DNA of 64,000 bases, taken from an uncultured Syntrophaceae bacterium. Its GTDB lineage: Bacteria > Desulfobacterota > Syntrophia > Syntrophales > UBA6807. The stretch is from contig CAZGAK010000002.1 of assembly GCA_964523565.1 (NCBI GenBank), forward strand, positions 13,961 to 77,960, read 5' to 3'. This document shows, piece after piece, positions 28,847 through 37,588 of this stretch. The position numbers and the translations under genes are program-made. Below the pieces are notes generated by a model that was not told the origin of the DNA, did not search any database, and worked only from the letters and a program-made list of their open reading frames with translations. Within the stretch, counting starts at the first letter, position 1. Every line of letters starts with the position of its first letter.

Positions 28847-29769
28847 TCAGTAACGTCTCCACAGATCCTGCAGTGAAAAGCGCTTTGATCCATCCCGGCG
28901 CCGCAACACTCGCATGTTTTTTGTCCCTTTTCAGGGGCGGGAATTTCCCCAACTACGTCCCGGTAAATACGATAATAATAGAAATGTTCTTTATTCCAGA
29001 ATGTTACTGGATATTTTTTCTTGCCCTCTTCAAACTCCTCATCCAACACCCTTGATTCAATGACTTTTCTCAGTTCAGTCATACCGGAACCGTATTCCAG
29101 AGGCCTTTTGGTTTGCCATAGTATTTCCTGCGGCAGAACGCCTTCAAATGCCTTCCGGAGTATCCACTTCCCCCAGGTTTTTCCATTTTCTTCTCTGATA
29201 TTGAGATCGAGATCAATCCCACGGCTGAAATCCATAAACTCATTATCCAGAAAAGGTTGCTTTACTGCGATCCCCAAGGCTTTTCCTATCTTATTGGAAC
29301 TGAATCGCATGGCAGAATGCATCCGGGCCATGTATTCTTTTAAATCCTTTATCTTCAACATGAAATCGTAGCCTGCAAAGATCTCATCACTCCCGTCGCC
29401 TGTCATCATGCCCTTTATACCCATATCTTCCGCACATTTGAGTCCCATATAGGCTGTCACATCATTTGGAATCACGGGATCAAAACTTTCCAGTATCTTT
29501 ATTACTTCAGGAATCGCAGTGACAGCCTCCTCAATTTTCACGGTTTTATGATAATGATCAAGTTTTAGGGATTTCGACACTTCGCCTGCAAAATATCGAT
29601 CTTCCCCGTATGATTCAAGCCCGACAGAAATGGCCTTACTTTTCCCGGAATAAGCAGCCACAAGTGCAGAATCAAGCCCACCGGAAAAGAGTATCCCCTC
29701 TGACAGATTCCTGCTGACCGCTTCGCTAAATCTTCTCTTCAGTTCATGAAAAAGAGATTCCTTATTCAT
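28831..29769 (-). CDS. Asparagine-synthase-like PP-loop protein lacking a glutaminase domain, with C-terminal Zn ribbon
   Basis: ILFSGGLDSA, TGDGSDEIFAGY, PFLD, KWILRKAF, TKRPLEYGSG; CECCG...CRICG. Confidence 0.85.
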   Translation of the reverse strand: MNKESLFHELKRRFSEAVSRNLSEGILFSGGLDSALVAAYSGKSKAISVGLESYGEDRYFAGEVSKSLKLDHYHKTVKIEEAVTAIPEVIKILESFDPVIPNDVTAYMGLKCAEDMGIKGMMTGDGSDEIFAGYDFMLKIKDLKEYMARMHSAMRFSSNKIGKALGIAVKQPFLDNEFMDFSRGIDLDLNIREENGKTWGKWILRKAFEGVLPQEILWQTKRPLEYGSGMTELRKVIESRVLDEEFEEGKKKYPVTFWNKEHFYYYRIYRDVVGEIPAPEKGQKTCECCGAGMDQSAFHCRICGDVTEWEKL

Positions 29770-29770
29770 A

Positions 29771-30286
29771 TTATCTCTCGATTCCCTTCCTCGCCTTAAC
29801 CCCCTTCTGGTAATAATGTTTTATCTCTTTCATCTCCGTAACCAGATCGGCCTTTTCTATAATCCGGGGATCTGCTGTCCTGCCTGTAATGACCAGTTCG
29901 ACTTCTTCCGGCTTTGCCTCGATGAAATCCAGTAATTCGTCCACGGAGAAGAGATTATAGCTGGTAGCGATATTCGCTTCATCGAGAATAATCATCTGAT
30001 ACTCTCCGGAGCGCATGATCTCTCTGACCTCATGGAGACCTTCCCGTGCGGCTTGAATATCTTCCTCGTCAGGATCTCTTTTAATGAAGCCTTTCCGGCC
30101 ATATTGTTTCACCGTAATGAAATCCTGCAATTTTGCCAGGGCATTGATCTCGCTATATTTCATCCCTTTGACAAACTGGGCAATATACACTTTCATGTTT
30201 GCGCCGGCGGCACGCAGGGCAAGCCCCAGGGCAGCAGTTGTCTTCCCCTTGCCATCGCCTGTATAAACCTGGATATAACCTTTCAT
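29771..30286 (-). CDS. cobO: Cob(I)alamin adenosyltransferase (CobO/BtuR)
   Basis: YTGDGKGKTTAALG, IAQFVKG, IILDE, ELVITGR, ADLVTEM-EIKHYY. Confidence 0.95.
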   Translation of the reverse strand: MKGYIQVYTGDGKGKTTAALGLALRAAGANMKVYIAQFVKGMKYSEINALAKLQDFITVKQYGRKGFIKRDPDEEDIQAAREGLHEVREIMRSGEYQMIILDEANIATSYNLFSVDELLDFIEAKPEEVELVITGRTADPRIIEKADLVTEMKEIKHYYQKGVKARKGIER

Positions 30287-30314
30287 ATTCCCCTCATAAT
30301 CCTCATTAGTTTCT

Positions 30315-30343
30315 GAGACCTTTGCAAAACGCCCCCTTTCGCC
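30315..30343 (+). repeat. Isolated left end of the GAGACCTTTGCA MITE
   Basis: GAGACCTTTGCAAAACGCCCCCTTTCGCC closely matches the end of the element at 54914. Confidence 0.65.
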
Positions 30344-30360
30344 TTTAACCTCTAAGCTCT

Positions 30361-32331
30361 TTAAAAATCATACCTCAGACCGAGAAAGAACATTCTTCCC
30401 GGCATGGGATAGCCCTGAGCGTATTCATAATCTTCACCAAAGAGGTTTTGAATCTTCCCTTTCAGAGTAACACTTCCGTATTTTTCAGCATCTAAAATCT
30501 TCTTGCTGACAGTCAGATTGGCCACAGTAAAACTGCCTTTTGTTATTGTCCCATAAGTACCGCCTTCATAATCAGTAATATCCTGTTTCCCCGCATAAGC
30601 AAGGTTCAGGTTGGCGGAAAAACCGCCAAGGTCGGAGACCGTGATGCCATAAGACACATTGAGATCCGATGTGTACTTGAGGTCTTCATTTGTTTCCTTA
30701 TCCTTGTATTTGGTGAGACAGGTAAAACTAACGTAGGGCTTGACCTGATAATCCCATGAGAAGAGTGAGCCTATATCATAGGAAATACTCCCTTCAAATC
30801 CCTCAATTTCAGCTTTCCCGAGATTTCTGTATGATGTGTCGCCACCACCAGTTGTATAGGTCTCAATTTTGTCCTTGAAATCGGTATGAAAATAGGTAAG
30901 CCCGGCGTTGAAGGAAGCGTATGAAAAGTCCAGACCTCCTTCAGAGGTCTCGCTCTTCTCAGGTTTCAAATTGGGATTGCCCACGTAATGCACACCCCAC
31001 ATATTCATATCGCAGGCCAGCTGCTGTGCCGTGGGCATCCTGAACGCCTCCCCGTAGTTAGCCCTCAGCTTTAACCAGTCTGTAAGTAGATAGGCCGCGC
31101 CGATCCGTGGAGATGTGTGGTCGTCACTCTCTTTTCCCCCGTCACTCTTCATGTCCACTTCATATTCGTCATATCGCACGCCGCCGGTGATTATAATCTT
31201 CTGATCAAAAAGCCTGGCCTTGGCCAGGAGAAAACCGGCTGGATTGTCATATTCAGTATTACTTGGACTGTATTCGCTATCTTTAGTCTCATAATTCACC
31301 CAGTCGAAACCCGCAGTGAGAAGGAGATACTTCTGGTTATAAGAGACCTGTGCCTGGGTTCCCTTATAATCGGCTGATACCTTATCTGGTATACCATTAT
31401 CCCAGGAGTCAGGATTGCTCGCAACGGGGTCAAAGTATTCATCCTCATCTTTGCCATCAAAATATCTGACCTTCCAGGAAAAGAGACCGTTACCGGTTTC
31501 CCCGTCATAGATAAAATCAACCGATTTATTACCGTTGTTGCTGTAGTCATCGCGATCGTTCTGACTCAGGTAGCCCGGATTACCCGCATGATCAACATCA
31601 AAGTAAGTGTAAATGACACCGATACGATTCCCGGGCAGGAACTCATATCCGAGATTCAGGCTGCCGTTCTTTTTATGATTATAAGCTGTGTTGTAAAACC
31701 TTGCGCCACTTCCAGTGTTATAATCATCTCTGGAATCGCTGGTAAAACTGCCGGAAAAATCAAACGCCTTATACTTGCCTGAAAATCCTGCGCTCCCCTC
31801 CTTATAGTCGTAGCTTCCCAGAAGTCCCTCAACAAAGGCGGTCGGTTTCTCCTTCCCCTGTTTTGTGATCACGTTTACGACTCCGCCCATGGCTGCCGAA
31901 CCGTACTGAACAGAGGCAGGTCCTCTTATTACCTCCACCCTCTCTATGTTTTTGGTCATAATCTTGGCCGTATTACCGGTCCCGGCTCTCCGGCCGTTCA
32001 GCAGGATAAGCACTTTGCCCGCAAGGTCAACGCCGGTGGCATCCGTTCTGAAACCACGTATGCCGACAGATGTTGAAGTACCCGGATATTTATGGATGTG
32101 CCCGATACCCTTTTCAGCAAGCAAATCTCCCAGATCCGTTGCTGAAGAATTTTTGATTTCATCTTGATCAATGATGGTTACATTGGTGGTAATCTCTTTT
32201 TTCTTTTCTTCTACCCTGCCTGCGGTTACCACCACCTCTTCCATTATTGTCGAATCGCTCCCTTCCTGTGCATAGACAGGAATAGATGAAGCAACAAACA
32301 AACATGCAAAAAATATTATCAACTTCTTCAT
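30361..32331 (-). CDS. btuB: TonB-dependent receptor, BtuB-like
   Basis: Signal peptide, TonB box EEVVVTA, plug (ILLNGR, IERVEVIRGPASVQYGS-AMGGVVNVITK), C-terminal LGLRYDF; downstream of a cobalamin riboswitch. Confidence 0.9.
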   Translation of the reverse strand: MKKLIIFFACLFVASSIPVYAQEGSDSTIMEEVVVTAGRVEEKKKEITTNVTIIDQDEIKNSSATDLGDLLAEKGIGHIHKYPGTSTSVGIRGFRTDATGVDLAGKVLILLNGRRAGTGNTAKIMTKNIERVEVIRGPASVQYGSAAMGGVVNVITKQGKEKPTAFVEGLLGSYDYKEGSAGFSGKYKAFDFSGSFTSDSRDDYNTGSGARFYNTAYNHKKNGSLNLGYEFLPGNRIGVIYTYFDVDHAGNPGYLSQNDRDDYSNNGNKSVDFIYDGETGNGLFSWKVRYFDGKDEDEYFDPVASNPDSWDNGIPDKVSADYKGTQAQVSYNQKYLLLTAGFDWVNYETKDSEYSPSNTEYDNPAGFLLAKARLFDQKIIITGGVRYDEYEVDMKSDGGKESDDHTSPRIGAAYLLTDWLKLRANYGEAFRMPTAQQLACDMNMWGVHYVGNPNLKPEKSETSEGGLDFSYASFNAGLTYFHTDFKDKIETYTTGGGDTSYRNLGKAEIEGFEGSISYDIGSLFSWDYQVKPYVSFTCLTKYKDKETNEDLKYTSDLNVSYGITVSDLGGFSANLNLAYAGKQDITDYEGGTYGTITKGSFTVANLTVSKKILDAEKYGSVTLKGKIQNLFGEDYEYAQGYPMPGRMFFLGLRYDF

Positions 32332-32515
32332 TTTTTAGTTCCTCCTTATGATTTGTGATGTTTGATTTACTTAAATTTTTGCTGCGTTATCACATTCATA
32401 AGGGTGGGGCTTTGTTCTCTTTTTTCCTCACAATAACCTCCTTTCCCCTCCGTCGGGAATGTTATTTTAGTGTCTGAACGAAAACTCATGGTTTTCTTTC
32501 GACACTGTTTTATCC

Positions 32516-32661
32516 GTCAGATAAGTCTCCTGGCTCGCGGCAACGCCTACTCTCCACGCCTTCCCAACCCCCTTTTCAGGGAATCAGTGGCATTGCGTGA
32601 ATTTCGTTCCGCCTACAGTTGCGGGGCAGCACCGGCCTTTGACCGGTTTCCTTGATCTGAC
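32516..32661 (-). promoter_or_regulatory. Cobalamin riboswitch 1
   Basis: Minus strand GTCAGAT..AGGAAACCGGTCAAAGGCCGGTGCTGCCCCGCAACTGT..GCCACTG..GGGAAGG..GAGCCAGGAGAC..ATCTGAC (B12 box, P1 pairing). Confidence 0.95.
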
Positions 32662-32686
32662 AGATTGAAAGCGTTCAGATTGAGCA

Positions 32687-32709
32687 GCAGGGCTAAAGCC
32701 CTGCCCTAC
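32687..32709 (-). repeat. Single GTAG REP overlapping the ABC ATPase stop
   Basis: Minus strand GTAGGGCAGGGCTTTAGCCCTGC; its TAG is the stop at 32706-32708. Confidence 0.7.
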
Positions 32710-33503
32710 ATAACTGATTGCTTACTACGTGACAATAATGTCACTCTCGGTTGTCCGGTTAACGGATTTTTGTCAACGAGGACATCTGTTTCATAAACCT
32801 CCTTAATATTGGATTCGGTAATCACTTCATCGGGAGTCCCGATGCAGTGAATCATCCCTTCGTTCAAAAGCATAATTCTGTCACAGAAAAGAGACGCCAG
32901 ATTTATGTCATGAGTTACAGCGATGACTGTCAGCCCTTCTTCTTTGTTCAAGTTTTTTATCAAGTCAAAAAAGGCTATCTGGTGTTTAATATCCAGAAAA
33001 GCCGTGGATTCATCGAGAAGGATTATCTGGGGTTGCTGGGCCAGAGCCCTTGCTATGAGCACTCTCTGTCTTTCACCACCGCTTAACTCATTTATACTTC
33101 GGGCAGCAAATGGAAGTATATCGGTCATCTCCATTGCCTTACGAACGATTTCAAAATCTGTTTGTCCTTCAAACCTCAGCCTGCCGAGATGAGGAGCTCT
33201 TCCCATCAAAACAATTTCCTGAACGCTAAACGAAAAGATTATAGGAGAATCCTGGGGAACTACCGCTATAAGTTTCGCTATGTCATGCCTTTTGATTTTC
33301 CTGATGTTTATTTCATTGATCAAAACCGATCCCTGCTGTGGCATTAATATTCCGTCAATGATTTTGAGAAGCGTCGTTTTACCCGATCCATTCGGTCCTA
33401 TGATACCTAAAAACTCCCCTTCACAGGTCTTGAAAGAAAGATTTTTCAGAACCCATTCATCATCATATCTAAACCCAACGCCTTCTGTTTGTACAATCGC
33501 CAT
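32706..33503 (-). CDS. Cobalamin/iron-chelate ABC transporter ATPase (BtuD/FepC-like)
   Basis: GPNGSGKTT, LSGGERQRVLIARAL, ILLDE(S), VTHDINLA. Confidence 0.93.
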   Translation of the reverse strand: MAIVQTEGVGFRYDDEWVLKNLSFKTCEGEFLGIIGPNGSGKTTLLKIIDGILMPQQGSVLINEINIRKIKRHDIAKLIAVVPQDSPIIFSFSVQEIVLMGRAPHLGRLRFEGQTDFEIVRKAMEMTDILPFAARSINELSGGERQRVLIARALAQQPQIILLDESTAFLDIKHQIAFFDLIKNLNKEEGLTVIAVTHDINLASLFCDRIMLLNEGMIHCIGTPDEVITESNIKEVYETDVLVDKNPLTGQPRVTLLSRSKQSVM

Positions 33504-33506
33504 GAA

Positions 33507-34535
33507 TCAGACAGACCTCCTTCGGAGGAGATAAATAAAGTAGGGGGCGCCGCAAATGGCGGTAATCACTCCCACCGGTAATTCGCTGTGGGGAATCACC
33601 GTTCTGGCAATCGTATCGGCCACAACGAGAAACGATGCCCCGAAAAGAAAGGATGCCGGTAACAGCAGCCGGTGATCGGGACCAAGCAGCATTCTCATAA
33701 TGTGTGGGATAATAAGCCCTACGAATCCTATAATTCCGCTGAATGATACGGCGAGCGCGGTTACAAGTGAGCCTGCAAGAAAGAGAATTATCTTTGTCCT
33801 TTCCACACTCACCCCTAACTGCATTGCCGTTTCCTCACCGGTTACGATTAGATTCAACGGTCTTGCATACGAATAAATGATGGCAAACCCGAAAAGCAAA
33901 AGGATACTTACAAACAGAATCTTAACCCACGTAGCGAGGCTTAGATCACCCATCAACCAGAATGTAATATTGTGCAGGTCTGTATTCGTGCTGATGGAGA
34001 TTAAAAACATAATGATGGCTGAAAAGAACGCATTGACAATAACCCCCGCCAGAAGAAGAGTATTGGAATGAAGCTCTTTGTTAGTTTTCCCTATCAAAAA
34101 AACAAGGACAACTGTAATCACAGCCCCTAAAAAAGCCAGACCGGAAATACCGAACGGGACTGAACCCAACCCGATGATAATGCCAATAATGGCGCCAACG
34201 GCTGAGCCACCGGAAACTCCAAGGATGAAAGGATCTGCCAGGGGATTGCGAAGAAGGGCCTGGAAGATGACACCAGCGGCAGAAAGGGAAGCTCCAACAA
34301 GACCGGCAAAGATAACTCTGGGCAGGCGAATCGAAAAAATGATTGTCTTTTCCGATGGTGTTAAACCGGCATAACCTTCATGCCATCCATAGAGGAGCCC
34401 CTTCAGCCCCTGTATGATACCGATCCTGGCCGGACCTATCAGGACGGACACAATTGCCACGGCAATAAAAACCGCCACAAGTAAAAGATTAATTTTAACT
34501 ATCCTGGATAGAGTTACTGTGGATCTTTCCATCAC
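33507..34535 (-). CDS. FecCD/BtuC-family ABC permease
   Basis: IRLPRV, QALLRNPLADPFILGVSGG, FWLMGDL, A-QLGVSVE, GIIGFVGLIIPH, ELPVGVIT. Confidence 0.93.
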   Translation of the reverse strand: MMERSTVTLSRIVKINLLLVAVFIAVAIVSVLIGPARIGIIQGLKGLLYGWHEGYAGLTPSEKTIIFSIRLPRVIFAGLVGASLSAAGVIFQALLRNPLADPFILGVSGGSAVGAIIGIIIGLGSVPFGISGLAFLGAVITVVLVFLIGKTNKELHSNTLLLAGVIVNAFFSAIIMFLISISTNTDLHNITFWLMGDLSLATWVKILFVSILLLFGFAIIYSYARPLNLIVTGEETAMQLGVSVERTKIILFLAGSLVTALAVSFSGIIGFVGLIIPHIMRMLLGPDHRLLLPASFLFGASFLVVADTIARTVIPHSELPVGVITAICGAPYFIYLLRRRSV

Positions 34536-34612
34536 GAAAAATTCCTGAGTTGTTTAAAAATTGCAAAAAGGTTGCCCGTAAAAGCACCTAAGACTTTTAC
34601 TGGACCAGGTTT

Positions 34613-34692
34613 GATGAACTCGTGAAAAGTCAAAAATGTTCCCTCTCCCATGGGTTAGGGCGAGGAGAAATTCGACTTTTTGCGAAGCCATC
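34613..34692. repeat. Short MITE-like element
   Basis: Imperfect terminal IR GATGAACTCGTGAAAAGTC / GACTTTTTGCGAAGCCATC. Confidence 0.6.
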
Positions 34693-34780
34693 GAGATTAA
34701 CTCACAAATTTTTCGTGGGTAAAAAAGGTTGGCAAATAAAAGATTTTTTTCATGGTACACCTCCCTCGAGGGTTAAAGAT

Positions 34781-34922
34781 GGATAGGTCTTCCGGCTTAG
34801 GGCTGCCTACTCACCCGCCTTCCCGTCATAGCATCAACCATGACAGTGACTGTTTGGGCTTTCGTTCCCTTCACGGCTGCGGGGCAGCGGGGGATTCACA
34901 CCCCTCTTCCTCACATCCATCC
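34781..34922 (-). promoter_or_regulatory. Cobalamin riboswitch 2
   Basis: Minus strand GGATGG..AGGAAGAGGGGTGTGAATCCCCCGCTGCCCCGCAGCCGTG..GTCACTG..GGGAAGG..AGCCGGAAGACCTATCC. Confidence 0.93.
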
Positions 34923-35039
34923 GTATATGAATTGATTTATCGAGAACCTTGCTTAAAGAGAATATATAAGAAAGTAATGATTTTGTGTCAAGAGAAAATT
35001 AACAGAAAAGAATCTTCCCAATTTACTTCCCATCATACC

Positions 35040-35462
35040 TCAGCATCTGGTGACAATCCTCATTGTAATCGCATCGACAGGACATTCTTTTTCACACAGA
35101 CCGCATCCCACACATTTGTCACTATCGAAAAATATTTCTGTAGGCATTTCCCCACGAGGCAAAGGAAGTTTTACGTGAAGGGCCTTGAATCGGCACAGAT
35201 CAACACATAGCATGCAAAGGGCACACGATATTCTGTTTAGCACCGGTTTCGGACGATCCTGAGGTGCCACCATTATAACAACGGCACCTTCCCCATCAAT
35301 AACACAGCCAATGGGGCAGCTCATACCGCAGACCGAACAGTCGACACATCTTACCGGATTAATCTCATGGATTTTTCCGATTTCTCCCGTAATTGCAGAA
35401 ACCGGGCAGACATTCTTACACTCCCCGCATCCTGTACAGTCATCAAGAATTTTATGAGCCAT
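35040..35462 (-). CDS. Polyferredoxin with four [4Fe-4S] motifs
   Basis: CTGCGECKNVCP, CVDCSVCGMSCP, CALCMLCVDLC, CVGCGLCEKECP. Confidence 0.9.
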   Translation of the reverse strand: MAHKILDDCTGCGECKNVCPVSAITGEIGKIHEINPVRCVDCSVCGMSCPIGCVIDGEGAVVIMVAPQDRPKPVLNRISCALCMLCVDLCRFKALHVKLPLPRGEMPTEIFFDSDKCVGCGLCEKECPVDAITMRIVTRC

Positions 35463-35560
35463 GTCTCATTATCACCATCTCCGCAAGTGCGACCGCAATC
35501 AAAAGAAGATATCACTGCTGCCCGAAGAATTATCCCCGGATTTCAGAAATAGTTCCGGAC

Positions 35561-36802
35561 TCAACGTACATCGTAGCCTGCGCGCTCGATTGCCTGTTTT
35601 ACTTTTTCAATGCTGCCTTTTCCCTCTATTTCAAATGCCACGCTTTTTTCGTCCAGGTGGACATTTACGTCCGATGTCCCGGTGACTGATTCGACAGCCT
35701 TTTTTACCGTGCCTGCGCAATGCATGCAGGTCATACCCCGGACAGACAGACTTATTTTATTGTCTCTCACGTCTCTTTCCCCTTTTATCCTGTCCAGAAT
35801 CTTGATTTTCAGATAATACCATCCGATCATTACGGCCAGTATGATGGACCCGCCTATCTTCAGCCATGCAGGCAGTATTTCGTGATTATGAAGGATTATG
35901 ACGTTTTGAAAACCGAAATGCGCTGTAAATATGTTAAGCAGGTATCCTAGCAAAAGGCTGATAAGGGCGATGGCAGACAGATAAACAACGGTGGATTTTT
36001 TGCCAAGAACTTTAAAGACCGTCAAAATAGTCATGGCGTTCGTCGCGGGACCCGTCAGGAGAAAAACCAGAGCAGCGCCCGGTGAGATGCCCTTCATTAT
36101 AAGGGAGGCGGCAACAGGTGTGGATGCCGCGGCACACACGTAGATAGGGATTCCGACGACCAGCATTAAAAGCATGGATAGAAAATCACTGCCAAGGTGT
36201 TTTTCAAAAAATCCGTCAGGTATCAGAGCAGATATAATGCCCGCGGCAATTATCCCCATCAACAGTGCGTTTGCAAGGGAGCCAAGCAGGTCATATTCAA
36301 TATAGCCGGGAATTGACTTGAGCCGCTTATAATAACTTTCCTGCGGAACCGCATCATCCGGTAAAACAATCTCTGGTTGATCAGGCCCGTTCCTGCCAAG
36401 AATATTAACCATGATACCGGCAGCTAACGCGGTGACCAGTGATGCGACAATGCGGAAAAGAGCGAACACCCATCCGAGAAGGGAATAGGTAATCATGAAA
36501 CTGTCCGCGCCAACCTGCGGTGTCGCAATGAGAAATGATATGGCAGAGCCCTTTGACGCGCCGCTTTTTCTGAGGGAAGCCGCAACCGGCACAACGCCGC
36601 ATGAACAGAGAGGAAGAGGTATGCCGAATAGCGTCGATTTTATAACAGAACGAAAGGAGTCGCGGCCAAGGTGGCGGCGTATAACGGATTCCGGAAAGAA
36701 AACGTAAAGTATCCCGGCAACAATAAACCCGAACAGCAGGTAAATTGATATCTCATTAAAAAAGAACAGGACCTCTTTTAATATATGCGCCACAAAACTC
36801 AT
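35561..36802 (-). CDS. DUF318 (ArsP/SO_0444-like) permease fused to a C-terminal HMA domain
   Basis: GIPLPLCSCGVVP, FLIATP, IPIYVCAAASTP, FLLTGPATN; HMA GMTCMHCA. Confidence 0.88.
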   Translation of the reverse strand: MSFVAHILKEVLFFFNEISIYLLFGFIVAGILYVFFPESVIRRHLGRDSFRSVIKSTLFGIPLPLCSCGVVPVAASLRKSGASKGSAISFLIATPQVGADSFMITYSLLGWVFALFRIVASLVTALAAGIMVNILGRNGPDQPEIVLPDDAVPQESYYKRLKSIPGYIEYDLLGSLANALLMGIIAAGIISALIPDGFFEKHLGSDFLSMLLMLVVGIPIYVCAAASTPVAASLIMKGISPGAALVFLLTGPATNAMTILTVFKVLGKKSTVVYLSAIALISLLLGYLLNIFTAHFGFQNVIILHNHEILPAWLKIGGSIILAVMIGWYYLKIKILDRIKGERDVRDNKISLSVRGMTCMHCAGTVKKAVESVTGTSDVNVHLDEKSVAFEIEGKGSIEKVKQAIERAGYDVR

Positions 36803-36815
36803 GCGTTTTGCCCCA

Positions 36816-37139
36816 TCACTTGCTGACGGCAGCAATCCATTTCAGGTATGCTTCGCTGCCGTCACTTATCGGGAGCTGTATTATCTCCGGGACATCATAA
36901 CTGTGATTCTGAGAAATAAACTCTTCAATCTTATCATAATGAGCAGATTTTGCCTTTATCAGCAACAACTGTTCGTTATCTCTGTTGATCGTGCCGTCCC
37001 ATTCGTAAAAGCTTGTAACTCCCGTTATCTGCACGCATGCCGCCAGTTGTGATTCAATCAACAGGCGAGCCAGTTTTTCCGATTCCTCTTTGTTCCCGCA
37101 TGTGGTCAGTATGACGCAGTATTCTTTGGATTCAGACAT
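36816..37139 (-). CDS. cutA: Divalent-cation tolerance protein CutA
   Basis: LTTCG, LIESQLAACVQ, SFYEWDG, HSYDVPEIIQLP, YLKWI. Confidence 0.93.
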   Translation of the reverse strand: MSESKEYCVILTTCGNKEESEKLARLLIESQLAACVQITGVTSFYEWDGTINRDNEQLLLIKAKSAHYDKIEEFISQNHSYDVPEIIQLPISDGSEAYLKWIAAVSK

Positions 37140-37147
37140 TATCCTTA

Positions 37148-37459
37148 TCAGCCGCAGCAGCTTCCTCCGCATGAACCGCCAGACAGGCTGGAGGTAATGG
37201 AAAACCCTGAGCCTCTGTCCGTAGTAATGAACTCTATGTTTACAGGCTTCACCTGTTCAAATAATTGTTCGTCTATCACGAATGTGATGCCATCTTCCTC
37301 AAAAACCTTATCCCCTTCCTTAGTCTCATCCAGAGACATTCCCAGTGAGGGGCCTGCTCACCCGCCTCCGGAATACACCAGCCGGACAGGGATTTTTTCT
37401 TCCCTCGATTCAAGGGCCTTTCTGATCATTTCCTGTGCCTTTTCTGAAACTTCAAACAT
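37148..37459 (-). CDS. IscA/HesB-like selenoprotein (UGA=Sec at codon 34)
   Basis: SD AAGGAG + ATG 37459; MFEVSEKAQEM...VRLVYSGGG-TGA(37358-37360)-AGPSLGMSLDE...GSGFSITSSLSGGSCGGSCCG; hairpin GTCTC-TGGAT-GAGAC 20 nt after the UGA. Confidence 0.9.
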
Positions 37460-37588
37460 TTTGCTTTCTCCTTTATATTTTTTTGCTCTTGAGTGAATCT
37501 TTTAACAAACTGATTTTCCTGCTTCCTCCAGAAGAACCCAACCCCGGCCTCTTTAAAAGCAGGAGCTAAAATTCTGAATGGATTCCAT

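Noticed and set aside
34554-34760. 68-aa ORF between riboswitch 2 and btuC
   Set aside because: It reads through a MITE, and the SD fits the different-frame ATG at 34753.
34752-35210. 152-aa plus-strand ORF
   Set aside because: It is antisense to the riboswitch and ferredoxin, with no motif; a shadow ORF.
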